Of a DNA stretch of 64,000 nucleotides, positions 37,562 through 50,930 are shown one piece after another. The translations under genes were made by a program, and so were the position numbers. The DNA lies in NCBI RefSeq assembly GCF_001447785.1, contig NW_015163641.1:39699-103698 (forward strand), in the 5' to 3' direction. The notes beneath the pieces are model-generated. The model saw only the letters and a list, made by a program, of their open reading frames with translations, had not been told where the DNA came from and made no database searches. Source of the stretch: Gekko japonicus. Lineage: Eukaryota. Positions within the stretch are counted from its first letter, which is position 1; every line of letters begins with the position of its first letter.

Positions 37562-38318
37562 CGTGGTGGTGACGGAAAGAGGCATCAAGTCAAGCTGATT
37601 TATGGCAACCCTGTGGGGTTTTCAAGGCAGGAGACATTCAGAGTGGTTTGCCATTACCTGCCACCATGTCACAACCCTGGTATTCCCTGGAGGTCTGTAA
37701 GATACAGGGAGGGGAACACAAACTTGACCCAATACCTGGAATCAAGAACCAATATTAAAAACCTAGTGCAATTGTTATATACAAAAATACATGTATTTAT
37801 TAGAAAAACAGTTAAAACATATAAGGGCCCAATGAAAGCCTCATTACAAAGTACAAGTGACCGGAACACAATGGCCACTACAAGTGACCTGACCCTTGAG
37901 TTCATAGAATCATAGAATCCTAGAGTTGGAAGGGATCTCCAGGGTCATCTAGGAGGAAATTCACAAATACCTCCCCCTCCACACCTCCAGTGACCCCTGT
38001 TCCATGCCCAGAAGATGACAAAAAACCATCCCGGATTTCCAGCCAAACTGGCCTGGAGAAAAATTGTTTCCTGACCCCAAAGTGGCGATCAGCATGTAAG
38101 AAAGGGCCACAAGAAATAAGCACTGATGCAACCCTTCCTGCCTTCCCTGTCATGATTCAGGTCACTTGTACTCCGTAACGAGTCTTTCATTGGGTTCTTA
38201 TAGGTTTTTAACTGTTTTTCTAATAAATACATATATTTTTTGTATATAACAATTATACACTACGTTTTTAATATTGTTCCTTGGAGATCTTCCATCCATT
38301 TACTAGCCAGGGCTGACC
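37562..38318 (-). mobile_element. 5S-derived SINE split by an inverted-repeat insertion that itself contains a CR1 3' end
   Basis: SINE halves at ~37562-37697 and ~38278-38318; IR arms ~37743-37862 and ~38160-38283; CR1 tail TCATAGAATCATAGAATC at ~37902. Confidence 0.75.
37902..38150 (-). mobile_element. CR1 LINE 3' end
   Basis: (ATTCTATG)n tail and CR1 3' hairpin region AGAGTTGGAAGGGATCTCCAGGGTCATCTAG in reverse orientation. Confidence 0.75.
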
Positions 38319-41300
38319 AAAGCAGACACTGACCCTCTGCAAAGTTGCTCAGCAATATTATTTTGCCTCACTAGAGTCACCCTAAAAATAATCTGCTACA
38401 GTTCACTTGTTGATAATGGTAATTCCACATTGAGTAATGCACATGACTTCGAGTCTGCTATTGAGTTTCTGACTCTCAGCACCACCATTTAAGTAGCCAT
38501 AAAACTAGAAAAAGGAAATGACTGTTGTTTTGGATATTTGACTTTGGGTTTTTTGGCAACTTTTTTGTGCTTGAAAAAGAGATGGGGGGGATTCTCTTCC
38601 ACTCAAGCTTTAGCCAGAGTTTCATAAATCATTTCAAATAAACAGACACAATCAAATCATAGGTTTCATTGCACACTAGAAATAATATGCAGGCCCTGAT
38701 ATTTTTAGGATGTTTTCCTCTGTGTCAATAAATCTGCCACTTGCTGTAGAGTTTCTGGCAAAAAAAAAATCCCTTTGGATTTGGTCAGCTTTGAACAGAG
38801 AATAGAAGAAAAGACTATACAAACATTGCTGTTTTATCCTAGTTCCTTTTTGTTGAAGCTTTCGTTAGCTCAAGCAAACATTCTTTACATCCCGTTTGCA
38901 TCAGATCCAGTATCTGAATGCACAATAGCTCTTCAAGGTAAGAATATATATATATTATTTTAATTGCTTCCTTTTAGAGTAAGCTCTTTAGAGATTGCTA
39001 TCACTGGCAAATCCCAAAATTGGGGGTAGGATTAGAGATTACCTCCCCCCCAGTTTTGCCATATCTTTTATAGCAAGACCTTCACTTAGCACTACAGTTC
39101 TTTGAAATTCCTAAAACATGAACTCCATGAATAATTTTAACATCTTCCTTTAGTTATTGACTCTGGTCAAAAGGCAGAATCAAAACACGTTCTTCAATTA
39201 TCTTTTCTATTACAACTGCAGAGCCAATGGAGCTTTGATTTTCAATATCTCAGTTACAGGAAAATAAAATCAATCTGTGTGGTTTTACATTCTGTCAGGT
39301 AGTGGGTTGTCTGAGTTCTTTGTGGATAGAATGGGTTAGACCTCAAGAACCAGATGTGGAAGGAATCTAACCATGAGCACTGTTCCACATATGCTTGTTC
39401 AAGAATACGTGCAAGTGTGTTCAAGAATACATGCTAGAATGGTACATTCCATTGTTGTGCTGTTTCCACCTGTTGAAGAGTTTGAGTGATCTTGAATAGA
39501 AAAATGCATACATTTTTTAAAATTCTGTTTCATTTTTCGCATAGGATGATTTTTTAAAGTTTATTTTACTTTAAATAATGCAGCAAAATATGCAAAAACT
39601 GTCCTTCCATGGAGGTGAGATTATTTCTCCATGAACAAAGGTATTTGGAATTCCATGAATTTAAAAAAAAAACATTTGAGATGGTGGAAGATAGGTTGAG
39701 TTGGAGTCAGAGTACCATAAGCTGAGTTTTGCTCATGAACAGTTATTTCCTGCCTCCTCCTATCTTCTGCTGCCCTGTTCACCTCCTCAAAAGGTTGTTT
39801 CTGTAGCTTTGGCTCTTGCTACTTTCACCAAGGACTATGGTGTGGAAGAACTACCACACGTATTTGGTTCATCAAGGTCACTAGTGTTGTGTTCTTTGAC
39901 AGCTCTCTAGGGTAACAGGCAGAGATCTTTCTCATCACCTACTACCTCGTGCCTGGAGATGCCAGGGATTGAATCTGAAACCTACTGTATGCCAAGCTGA
40001 TGCTCTATCTCTGAGCTATGGTGTCAGTTAACACTGCCAAGTTGCTGGAATGTGTGGAGGGGGAAACCATCTTGCTCTGCCTACGATGCACTGAGTTTCA
40101 CTGTCTGGGTATTATCTACTTTCTTGACCTTGGGATGTTCCAGCTGCTGTTGGCTTTTGCTGGGAACCAACAACTTTTGCTTTTTGCCCGCTTTCTTTCT
40201 CTGCACGCATGGCTTTTTGCCCGCTTTCTTTCCCTGCACGCACGAGCTTTGCTTATTGGCTTTAGCTTGTGTGTGTGTGTGGGGGGGTTGACTTTAGTAT
40301 ACTTCAGGGTGCCATAATGTTCCCGGGCACTCCTGACACAAGCAGTACACCTGTCATAGTCTTGATGTACCAATAAACAGAATTCCTCTTATGAAGCACT
40401 GTGTTGTGTGACCTGACTATCGAACCCTGACAAATGGCCCCATTCCTACCTTACCATGTTTCACTCAGTCTGGCTGTCCTGGAATTAGAATTGCATATTA
40501 ATGACAAAAAAATGGCCTTTTCTTTTAAAGCTTATACATTATGTGAATAGATAGTTCTTGCATAAGACTGCCACTGGTTCTGTCAGAAAATGTTGGTTCA
40601 ACAGGAACTAGATCTGTTTAGAACATATCCTACAAATGAAGGAAGTGGGGCCATATCCTTTTAAACACTGCAGCTAAAACTAGACCACTGTGGAATAATG
40701 CTTAGACTATAAAGATGTGAAGTAAAGAAAAACATTTAGCCTCCTGTTACTGGAAGGTTGTTTTTTCCAAGGAAAAAAATACAAACCTCATGTAACTCCC
40801 ACAATAAAACACTATTTACAACAGTTTGCAGAAGTCCTTACAGTCGGTAGGAGAGCTGGTTGTAAAACTCCCTTTGATATTAACAAATGTCAGGTTTTAA
40901 AAACAGAGGGAGAAACACTAGCCAAAATGAATTTACAAACAGGCTGAACAAAAAATGAAGCATGCACACATAACTGAGATTAGAGTGTATATGAGATAGC
41001 TGTTAAAACCCTACCATATGTAGACGGGATGGCTTGCCATATGTAACTCTAAAAATGCTGGCCTTCATTCTGTCAAGGATACACTTTCATTTTAAAGACA
41101 TAACCCCTCCTTTCCTTGGTTAAACCTCCATTCTGTCCTGAATCTTTCAAAGTTTTGCACAGTGCCTTTGCATATTTTCTTGTCCTCTTAGTAACATGAT
41201 TCCTGTCATGTTATTTTGTTAAGACTGGAGCTTCCATCCGTTTGCTGACAGTGGACTAGGAGGAACATATGCCTCCCACAGTCTGTACTGCTGTTCCATA

Positions 41301-41467
41301 TAAAGGATGATCTGGCATGGAAAAAGGAGGTAGTTGGGGTTGACAGCTTTTGAAATATGAAAATTTGGTACCTGGGCAGAACCCAGGACTCAGCCCAGTT
41401 GTAAATGCTCTGATCATTTAAAGTATACATTTATGTGTGTGGTTACAAGCAACAATACTTTTATGTA

Positions 41468-41680
41468 CTGTTGCCAACTCTTGGTTGGTAAATTCCTAAA
41501 ATTTTGGGGGTGGGCCCTGTGGAAGGTGAGGTTTGGGGAGAGGAGGGACATCACTGGGGTATAAAGCCACAGAGTCCACCATCCAAATCCACCATTTTCT
41601 CCAGGGGAACTGGTGTCTGTAGTCTGGAGATCAGTTGTAATTCCAGAAGATCTCCAGGCCCCACCTGGAGTTTGGAGCCC
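41468..41680. mobile_element. hAT (Blackjack-like) MITE
   Basis: Homologous to 52-271 (CCATTTTCTCCAGGGGAACTG...GATCTCCAGG). Confidence 0.8.
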
Positions 41681-41846
41681 CATTTATATGTGATTTTTAC
41701 CTCACCACAGATCAAGCCAATGCAGACTACAGCAATGGCATAGTTAGAAAATATGAAATAACATATGGAGCCAGTAACTTGAGAAAGTGAGCTGAACGAT
41801 GAACTACAATAAAAGCTACACAGAAGCATGAGATGTGATTGAGGAA

Positions 41847-41982
41847 TGAAGAAGAAGAAGAGATTGGATTTATACCCTGCCCTTCACTACCCAAAGGTGT
41901 TTCAGAGCGGCTTACAAACTCCTTTCCCTTCCCCTCCCCACAACAGACACCCTGTGAGGTAGGTGGGGCTGAGAGAGCTCTG
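41847..41982 (-). mobile_element. Squam3-like SINE 3' half
   Basis: Reverse of GAGCTCTCTCAGCCCCACC...GGGTATAAA with (CTT)n tail. Confidence 0.85.
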
Positions 41983-42231
41983 ACACACACACACAGGACC
42001 CATAAATTATATATACACACAGGACAAGACCAAAGGATAATAAAGTTTGTCTCTCACATACATTCTGTCACACACTCACAGATTTGTCAGAAATAATTAA
42101 ACTAAGGCCTTATAGTATTTTTGGTCCACAGCTGAAAACTAGCAGAATGAGGAATGGCTTAAAACCAATTTAATATACCGATCGACAAAAAGGTCTTGCA
42201 CAGCAGCCTCTCGGCCACGTTCTGAAACTAC

Positions 42232-43091
42232 TAGAGTTGCCATCCTTCTAGAGGCGGAAAACAAGCTCCCACCCCCAGGCTCCAGACAGAAGCAAGGGGC
42301 AGGGAGTAACATCATGATGTCATTTCAGGTTTGTATCTGGAAATGATGTCACAACACTCTAGGAATCTGCACAACTAATTGGTTAAAAAAACACAGACAT
42401 GAGCAGTGTTCCCTCTAAGCTGAATTAGTGTGAGCTAGTGCACAGTTTTTTAGCCTCTGGCTCACACTTTTTTGTCTTAGCTCAGGAAGGATGGCTCCAG
42501 AGCAAACTAATTTATGCAGTAGCCCAATGGCTCACTCACAGCTTTAAAGCCCCTAGCTCACACAATAGAATTTTTGCTCACAAGACTCCAGCTTAGAGGG
42601 AGCATTGGACATGAGTGAATTCTAAGAGTGTTGCGATGTCACTTTAAGGTACAAACTGTAAATGACACAGGGTTGCCAGGTCCTACTTGGCAGCAGGCAG
42701 GGGGGTCCAGGCTCCTTCCTGGAAGTGATGTCATCATGTCATCGACATCAGGGGGTGACACTCTAGCTTTTAGGCAAAACTCTATGGTTTGAAGGCAATT
42801 CTACCATAGAGTTTTGTCCAAAAACTAGAGCATTGCTGTGTGACATCGTGACATGACAACATCGCTTCTGGGTGACGACATCACATCACCCTTTGGGCCA
42901 GTTGGGGGTGGGATTTCACCCCACTGGCCAGCTAGCTGGTGGCAGGGAAACACCCCCCAAAAATCAGGGTTCCCCTGCTCCTGGTGGGGGTCTGGCAACC
43001 CTAACTTCACAAATCCACACATCATCAGGCAACATCACTTCCTGCTCCGAAAAAGCTCCCACTGGCTGCCATTGTTGAGCTGGCAACCCTA
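42232..43091. mobile_element. Nested hAT MITE stack
   Basis: Outer TAGAGTTGCCA...TGGCAACCCTA; inner 42404-42607 (TSD GACATGAG) and ~42668-43003 (CAGGGTTGCCA...TGGCAACCCTA). Confidence 0.75.
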
Positions 43092-44137
43092 AGAACTTTG
43101 ATCATGTGCTGTTAGTGCAAGTCCACAAACTACCAGTTCATTCACACTGTTAAATATAAAGAAATGTATTTAAATTATAATTTCTACAATTACAGTGCTA
43201 TCAGGGTTGAGGAAATAATCCAATCCCACACAAGCATTAGCTAACTGTAGGCCTTCCAGCAGCATAGAGACCTTCAGGTTCCAAGAACTTACTTACAGGC
43301 AGAGATGAAGCACAACAAGAAATGGGAAAAACAAGAGAAGTATTCCATAAGCCCCAAACTATAGAGACTACATTCTCATTGCTGGTGTGTGGTAAGAAAT
43401 GGAGGAGAGCACTGGGCCTGTTGAAGCCAAGCTTTGACCGTTGCAGCTGCCAAGCAGTGTGACAAAGTCTGTGGATTGTTGAAAGGGCTGAGCCTGCAGT
43501 CCTCACTGATGAGAGCCAGTTGATGCAGCTGGGGCTCACTTCAGCAAGTGTCTGCCTCAAGGGGGGGCAGCAAGAACACAGCTCCAGTAAAATGGTAGAC
43601 AGAGACATAGAATCACAACTAATCTTCAAACTACAGAGATCAGCTCCCCTAGAGAAAATGTCTGCTTTGCATGGTGGCCACCTCCTAATGTGAAAAAGGC
43701 CATTTATACTTCCCAGTTCCTTTTATTAGGACAAAATTTTAAATTATATCAGAGCCATCAAGTCACTATTGTTGTTTTTTTTTAAAGATCAGAATAATTA
43801 TTACAGATTTAATTGTTTTCTCTTAATAAAGCACAACTCAAAGACCATCCAAAGCATAGATAACATCTGAAACAAAAATATCAGTTTGGTGAGCTATTTT
43901 TACTGAAATATTTAAAATGAAAGTGACTGTAAAATTATACACTACACAAAGCATCCCTTTCTGACTTGCATGGCTGCGTGCGTCAACTTGCATTAAAGTC
44001 CTTGTGTCAGGCAGAGTTTACCTCCTCAACAGGAATCTGAAGCAGTGTGTTGTTGGAATTATGAAATTTAACATAAAAGGCTACATTTATGAAGTATTTC
44101 CCAAACAGATTTTGCCAAATAATCTGTGCCAGATTTA

Positions 44138-44335
44138 TAGGATTGCCAACCCTGGATTAGGAAAATCCAGGAGATTTGGAGGGGGGGAGCCTGGGGAGGG
44201 ACTTCAGCAGGGTATAACGCCACAGAGTCCACCCTCCAAAGCAGCCATTTTCTGTAGGGAACTGATATCTTTAGTCTGGCGATCAGTTGTAAATACAGGA
44301 GATCACCAGGCCCTACCTGGGGTCCCAGTCCTAAA
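44138..44335. mobile_element. hAT (Blackjack-like) MITE
   Basis: TAGGATTGCCAAC start; body homologous to 52-271. Confidence 0.75.
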
Positions 44336-44444
44336 ACTGAAGCTGCTGCATCTGCAACCAGTCCCAACATCCTGTCTCTTCAGCTTTGATGCCTTGTTTT
44401 GCTGCATGTAGGTATCCCCGTCTAAGGCCAAGCAATATGTTCCA

Positions 44445-44855
44445 CTAGGGGGAGGGCTGCCAGCCCCCTCCATGAGGTGGAGGTGCCCTGCCACCAGGCC
44501 CTGCCACCCTGCCACCAATCATCTGGCCAGTGGAGGGGACTTGCCAGGAGAAAGAGGAAGGCCCAGGCTATGTCATCCATGATGTGGCTATGTCACTTCC
44601 AGTGTGAACTGGAAGTGACGTCATTGCGTTGGCAGCATCTGGGCGATGCTCTGGTATTTGGGCAAAATGTCTGTGGTTGAAGCCATTTTTACAACAGAGC
44701 TTTTGCCCAAATACCAGAGTGTGTTTCTGGTACACGCCAGAAGTGATGTAGCCATGTCATCAGCAACATTGCCAGGGTCTCCCTCTTGCTCTTGCTAAGT
44801 TCCTCCCACCCACCCCCACCCCCACTGGCTGCTATGAGGGACCTGGCAACTCTAA
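44445..44855. mobile_element. Long hAT MITE with inverted GGAAGTGACG motifs
   Basis: AGGGCTGCCAG...CTGGCAACTCTA ends; body similar to 42668-43003. Confidence 0.7.
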
Positions 44856-45788
44856 CTAGGTGTTTGTTATTAGATCAAATTGCAGATCTTCATGGCATTT
44901 AGAGTTGGCCTAAACTGGCAAGGTTTTATGACTAAGACATAAACTAGATAGGTTTTTACAGTTGTGTGAAATATCAATATTTTCTATATCAGTTTTTCAA
45001 TGAAAACTGCAACACCCTGGAACTGCTGTTGGCCTCAGCTGCCGGGGGCAGGGGGTGTTCATTGAAGAAAGGAATCCTCTCCCTCTGGGTTCTGAGGCCA
45101 GGCCAAATCAGGGTCCTGCATGGGTCTAATATAAATGGAAATCTAAAGATATGGGAGATTGGATCATGGCGCTTGAGCATCTTATTTACCTGAGCCCTCA
45201 GACATCTGCTGTCAATGAAACTGAGAATATTTCTCAGGAAAACAATGGATTTTCTCTACCTTGCTGATGGAGTTTTGCTGGAAGGGCCATTGTTGTTTTG
45301 ATAGCTCAAGTTGTCAGAACACATTACAGGGGAAAACATGTAGTCATGCAGTGTGCTCTCTACATCATCACGGCACCTCTCGCTGCAATTCTGATCATGT
45401 ACGGCCCGTTTTCTAGTGTGATGATGATGGCACCAAATACACAGACACAAAACCTACATAAGCAGACGTCAAATACAGCTTATTTTAAATGTGGCATGTC
45501 CTGGCCCTGACCTTGCGGAATATGTGATTTTAATCGCATACTCTAGCAGGAGCTACCAGTTTGCTGCCTGGCATTGTGATGAACATCACTGACCAGGTAG
45601 ACAGAAAAGCAGCACACAAAGTGTAAATGTAGCTCAATTTTCAACTGTGACCATATCACCAATTCATGTATATAAAAGAGTGACTCGAGAGAGCATTATG
45701 AGCATGGTAAATTTGATTTTCAAGAGTCAGGGAGGATTGCAGCATCACTATTTGTAACATGCAGTTCTGCTCTTAATCTTGGTGGAAT

Positions 45789-46209
45789 CAGGGGTCATTT
45801 CCTGCAGGAGCACACAGGAGCGGAGCTCCGGCAGTAAAGAGCCCAGGCGGCGGGCACATGCAACAAGCCCCAACTCCTGCTTCCAGCAGCCCTCAGTCAG
45901 AGCAAGAAGCAGCCAGGGATGTTGCAGAGCCCCCCCACTGGCCCCCTGGTCCAAAACGGTCCAGTGGCACCTTTTAAGACCAAGTTTTATTCAGGCACAA
46001 GCTCTCCCTCCTCTGTGAGGACAGATCTGTACGTTCCCCTCCCCCTACAATAGCTAGCAATCCAAAACAGTCCAGTGAAGCCTGAGTGGTTGGTGTTGCC
46101 ATCTGACACACTTCCAGTGATGCCAGGGGGTATGGCATATGCGAATATGTTAAGCTAATGAGTTTTGCTAATGAGCTCCCTCACCTCTTTTTCTATGAAA
46201 TGACCCCTG
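45789..46209 (+). mobile_element. hAT MITE (CAGGGGTCATTTC family)
   Basis: TIRs CAGGGGTCATTTC...GAAATGACCCCTG; homologous to 11317-11681. Confidence 0.88.
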
Positions 46210-46299
46210 CAGATGGTGAAATACACTATAAAACAATGAGGCCTGGCTCTGCTTGTTTCTTACTGCCTGCTTTAGCCTTTGGTTTCTTCTTCATCTCCC

Positions 46300-46510
46300 T
46301 TAGGGTTGCCAACTCTGAGTTGGGAAAAATCTGGAGATTTTGGGGGTGGAGCATGGGGAGGGTGGGAGATGGGAAGGGGGATGGACCTCAGCAGGGGATA
46401 ATGCCATTGAGTCCACTCACTTTCTGCAGGGGAACTGATCTTGATCATCTGGAGATAAATTCTAACAGTGGGAGATCTCTAGGTGCCACCAGGAGGTTGA
46501 AGCAACCCGA
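46300..46510. mobile_element. hAT (Blackjack-like) MITE
   Basis: TAGGGTTGCCAAC start; family body. Confidence 0.8.
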
Positions 46511-47363
46511 GCTGCAGTGTTAGGAGAGTCTAGTAACAAATAGATATACACTGCAAAAACCTTTTAACAAACGAATGTGTTCTATTTATGGTCATTTAGT
46601 AAAGTGCATCGTGTATCATTATTTCATCCTAGTCAGGTACAAATATTCATTACATTCAATAAGCAATAAAATTCAGTACATACAGATTGCTAACTACCAG
46701 ACAATTTTGCATCAGTGTTTTAAAAGTCAAGCCCCAACGGGAGTTTCTAGAATTATAAACCCACTTCTCCTCGCATGAAGTCTTCCAAAAAGGGGGACAG
46801 ACTTCTTAATAGTTGTATGGATGCTTTTTGCCGGTCCTACAAAAGAGACATTATGCAGCTAACATTCATGGACGGAGTACTCCTGTCATTCTCAAAGCTG
46901 CATAGTATTGATAGAATGGCTCTGAGCCATTTAAACTAAGCAGCTGAGCAGTGGGGAGTTCTCAGCTGCTCAGCTGTTTCTTTTGAAGAGCAGAAAGACT
47001 TTTCATTCTGACATTCTGCACTGGGATTTTGCGGTGATTGTATTCTGTCTGATGTAGTTGATTTAACATATTATTACCAATATACTGGTTTTCCATTTAT
47101 TTTATTGGCCTTATGAGCTTTTTGTAATTTTGAGGATTCAGAATCGTCAGACTTGCAAACCATTTAATGGTTAGTTAAAACTTTTTAACTTAAAAGATGG
47201 CTTGCTACCATAGTAATGCAAAGAACCCTCATTGGCTTAATTGCTTTTTATCGTTTTTTTGATGTAATGGCTAATAGGTTTTGCTCCCCTGGGCCCACCT
47301 CATACTTTGCATTGTCTCAAATATCCAGGAGTTTTTCTAAGCCACGGTGGATGGCAACCAGCA

Positions 47364-48296
47364 GGAGTCTGGAGGTGGGGATGTGGAGGACATCATTGGC
47401 GTGATGGTTTTATGTCACTTCCGGGGAAATCGTGGAAGTGACATCATACTTCTCTATGAATTGCTGGACACTGTATAATGCCATTGTGGCAAAGCTGATG
47501 TTTTTTCTTCATTTTTATCCCACTAGTGGGCAGCAGGAGTTGCCAGTGGGAGGTCTCCCACCATAGTGAAAGACTTGGCAACACTAGATAGCAGTACTAT
47601 TACCAGGAAGTGTTCAACTCAGGTTTTGATTAGTGACATTCTGAATTTGAGTGCATATCTTCAGGCACAGCATAACTCTCAATATTAGCTCCAAGCTGGG
47701 AAACAAAAGGACAGGAAACGTGGAATGTGACAGTCAGTAAAATGGTATCACACATATCAGTGTAAAAATATGTTGAAAATGTACTTCAAGATAAAAAGAC
47801 ATTTGTCATAACCTCACAAGCCTTGAGGGGAGTCTGGAGGTGGGGATGTGGAGGACATCATTGGCGTGATGGTTTTATGTCACTTCCGGGGAAATCGTGG
47901 AAGTGACATCATACTTCTCTATGAATTGCTGGACACTGTATAATGCCATTGTGGCAAAGCTGATGTTTTTTCTTCATTTTTATCCCACTAGTGGGCAGCA
48001 GGAGCTGCCAGTGGGAGGTCTCCCACCATAGTGAAAGACCTGGCAACACTAGTTAGCAGTACTATTACCAGGAAGTGTTCAACTCAGGTTTTGATTAGTG
48101 ACATTCTGAATTTGAGTGCATATCTTCAGGCACAGCATAACTCTCAATATTAGCTCCAAGCTGGGAAACAAAAGGACAGGAAACGTGGAATGTGACAGTC
48201 AGTAAAATGGTATCACACATATCAGTGTAAAAATATGTTGAAAATGTACTTCAAGATAAAAAGCAGACATTTGTCATAACCTCACAAGCCTTGAGG
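47364..48296. repeat. Near-identical ~465-bp tandem duplication
   Basis: 47364-47828 vs 47829-48296; about 3 substitutions and one 3-bp indel. Confidence 0.95.
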
Positions 48297-48324
48297 CATA
48301 CTTAAGCCTTCCCTTCCCTCTCAA

Positions 48325-48609
48325 GAGAGCCAGTTTGGTGTCGTGGTTAAGTGTGCGGACTCTAATCTGGGAGAACCGGGTTTGATTCCCCACTCCTCCA
48401 CTTGCACCTGCTGATGTGACCTTGGGTCAGTCACAAGCTCTGGCACAGCTGTCCTTGAAAAAGAGCAGTTTGTGTCAGAGTTCTCTCAGCCCCACCCACC
48501 TCACAGGATGTCTGTTGTGGGGAGGGGAAGGGAAAGGAGTTTGTAAGCCGCTCTGAGACTCCAAGTGAAGGGTGGGGTATAAATCCAATCTCTTCTTCTT
48601 CTCTTCTTC
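48325..48609 (+). mobile_element. Full-length Squam3-like tRNA SINE
   Basis: GAGAGCCAGTTTGGTGTCGTGGTTAAG A box, GGTTTGATTCC B box, (CTT)n tail. Confidence 0.9.
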
Positions 48610-50930
48610 AACAAAGCGAGCTTTTTGCCCCCTTCCTTTGAATTTCCAGGGTGCCATTGGAGATCCTCCTGGAACACCACAGTGCATACGTACCTGCTGC
48701 ACTCAAGGAGCAGCCTCTAATACTGTAGCCCTCTGTTTGTGAGTTGATCCATGTGTTTATTAAAGCACCCACAGAGCCCTCCCCGGGCCATCCTCTTGGG
48801 AAGTAAAAGCCTTGCAAACAGGCCTGCCCCTTTCAGGATGGATATGCTGACACAAATGATTAACATTGGGATGACAGTATATTGTCTTCGGCCGTACCTC
48901 GGAGAGCACTTATCTCTTCAGACACTACTGCACCTGAATAATATAGCTGTGTAGATATTATTTTGTGCACTTGGGAGAGAAAAGCCATAACCAGAGCCGC
49001 AAAGTGAGTATTCAAAGAAAACTGGTAATGCAATCCGTTTCCCATTAGCGTTCGTTCAAGCAAAAATATGCATTATCGTCTTTAAAAAAACTTTAAGAGT
49101 CCACGGTGCACTATATGAAAACAGCTGTCCAAGTCTTAACATTTTGACTGCAAGATGGCCTTTTAAAAACAACGTGCCACGTACAACTGGCTGAACGAAT
49201 TGGCACAAGGCAGTGGTTCCCATAAATCAAGTCTCCAAGAATGATTTGAGGCTATTTGTAAAGAACATCAATCCAGACCTCTGAGTTTTCCCTCTGTAAT
49301 TATTGTACCTTGCCTTTGAGCATTATATTAGAAAAGCAAGACTCACGTGTTGCAAATGTACTCTGGACTTGTATGCTCGCCTTTTTCATATGTGAAGTTT
49401 TAACCCTCATGCTTAAAAGTGGATCCTGTAGATTACACAACTGTACATTGATATAACTACTGATATTATTTTAAAGAACCTCGATTTCCTATCTCATCTA
49501 AGTCTTGAAGTAAAAAAAAACACATAACTGTCTAGGAGGCTAAATCATGACAAATATCTCAGACCTCTGATTCATACATTTGTAGGGTTAATGTCATCAT
49601 TTGTACACTGGTCAAAATAACCTCTAGTGTAAACAGGTTTATTTATTTATTCAGAATATTTATATGCCCACCTTTCTCCTGAGCATGAACAAACAAACAA
49701 ACACAAGAAGCTGCTTTATAATTTTAATTTTATAATTTTATAATTTTAATTTTAGAGCACCGTGAAGCAAATTTTAGTAAATTGTATTGTTGTATTTTAT
49801 ATTCTTCTGTACTGTTTTAATGTTTTAACTTGGGCATTTTTGCCCCTTGTGAGCCGCCCTGAGCCTTCGGGGAGGGCGGGGTATAAATTCAAAAATAATA
49901 AATAAATAAATAAATATAAAGAAGGTCCCATATTCAGTCCCCAGCATCTCCAGCCAAAAGGAAGAGATGGTAAGTCATGTGCAAGACCTCTCCCTGAGAT
50001 ACTAGAGAGCCACTTCCAGTCTGAGTAGACAATACTGACCTTGATAGACTATTGGACTTATTCCGTATTTATTTATTTATTTATTATTTTAATTTATAGT
50101 CCGCCCTCCCCGCAAGCGGGCTCAGGGCGGCTCACAAATGGGGCGTAAGCCAATACATAAAAACAGATTAAAATTGCATAAAACAATCAATACAATACGC
50201 CAATCAGATCCTGTTCCAATGAGTCACACCCCCAAAACATCTCAGGACCCAGGTTGCATGATTGCTTACAGCATGATTTACATGAATTTTTCCTCTCAAA
50301 GGCAGAGAAGATCTAATAAATTTGGTCCCCATGCAATCAGGCACCCATGGGACCACAGCTCATGCTACATGGCAGAAGGGCACAAGATGAGCTTTTTCAG
50401 AAGAGGCCGTATTTTTAATCAGTTTCTGATGCAGATTAAACATGTACATATTTGCACAAATATTTGCATGTCCTAAAACTAAAATGGTACGTATTGCACA
50501 GAGAGGTGCTTGAGCATTTACTGGTTTCACTTTTATCTTGCTTGCCCATCAGAAGCAGAGAGCCTGTTATTCAGCGGGCAGTGCCGTTTGCTGGGGAATA
50601 GCTTCAGCTTATCCAAGTTATTTTTTGTACATACACAGTGCACATTAACCCAACTAGTCAAAGTTATACATTAACCCACCAACTACTACCATTCATCACA
50701 TTCCACCACCAATTGTTTAAATGAAGAATGAACAAAAACATTCAGTCATACATACATTAACATTGTGTAATTTTTTTTTACAGTCTTACCATTTGGGTGT
50801 TCTCATGTGTCTGTCCAATCCACTTTAAAGGTTTCTGATCTGTTTGCATCTGCTGCAGTTTGCACATGCACAGTTTTGCATAGTTCCATAGAATCCATAC
50901 TTTTCTTCACACACATTGGTATCATTTAAC

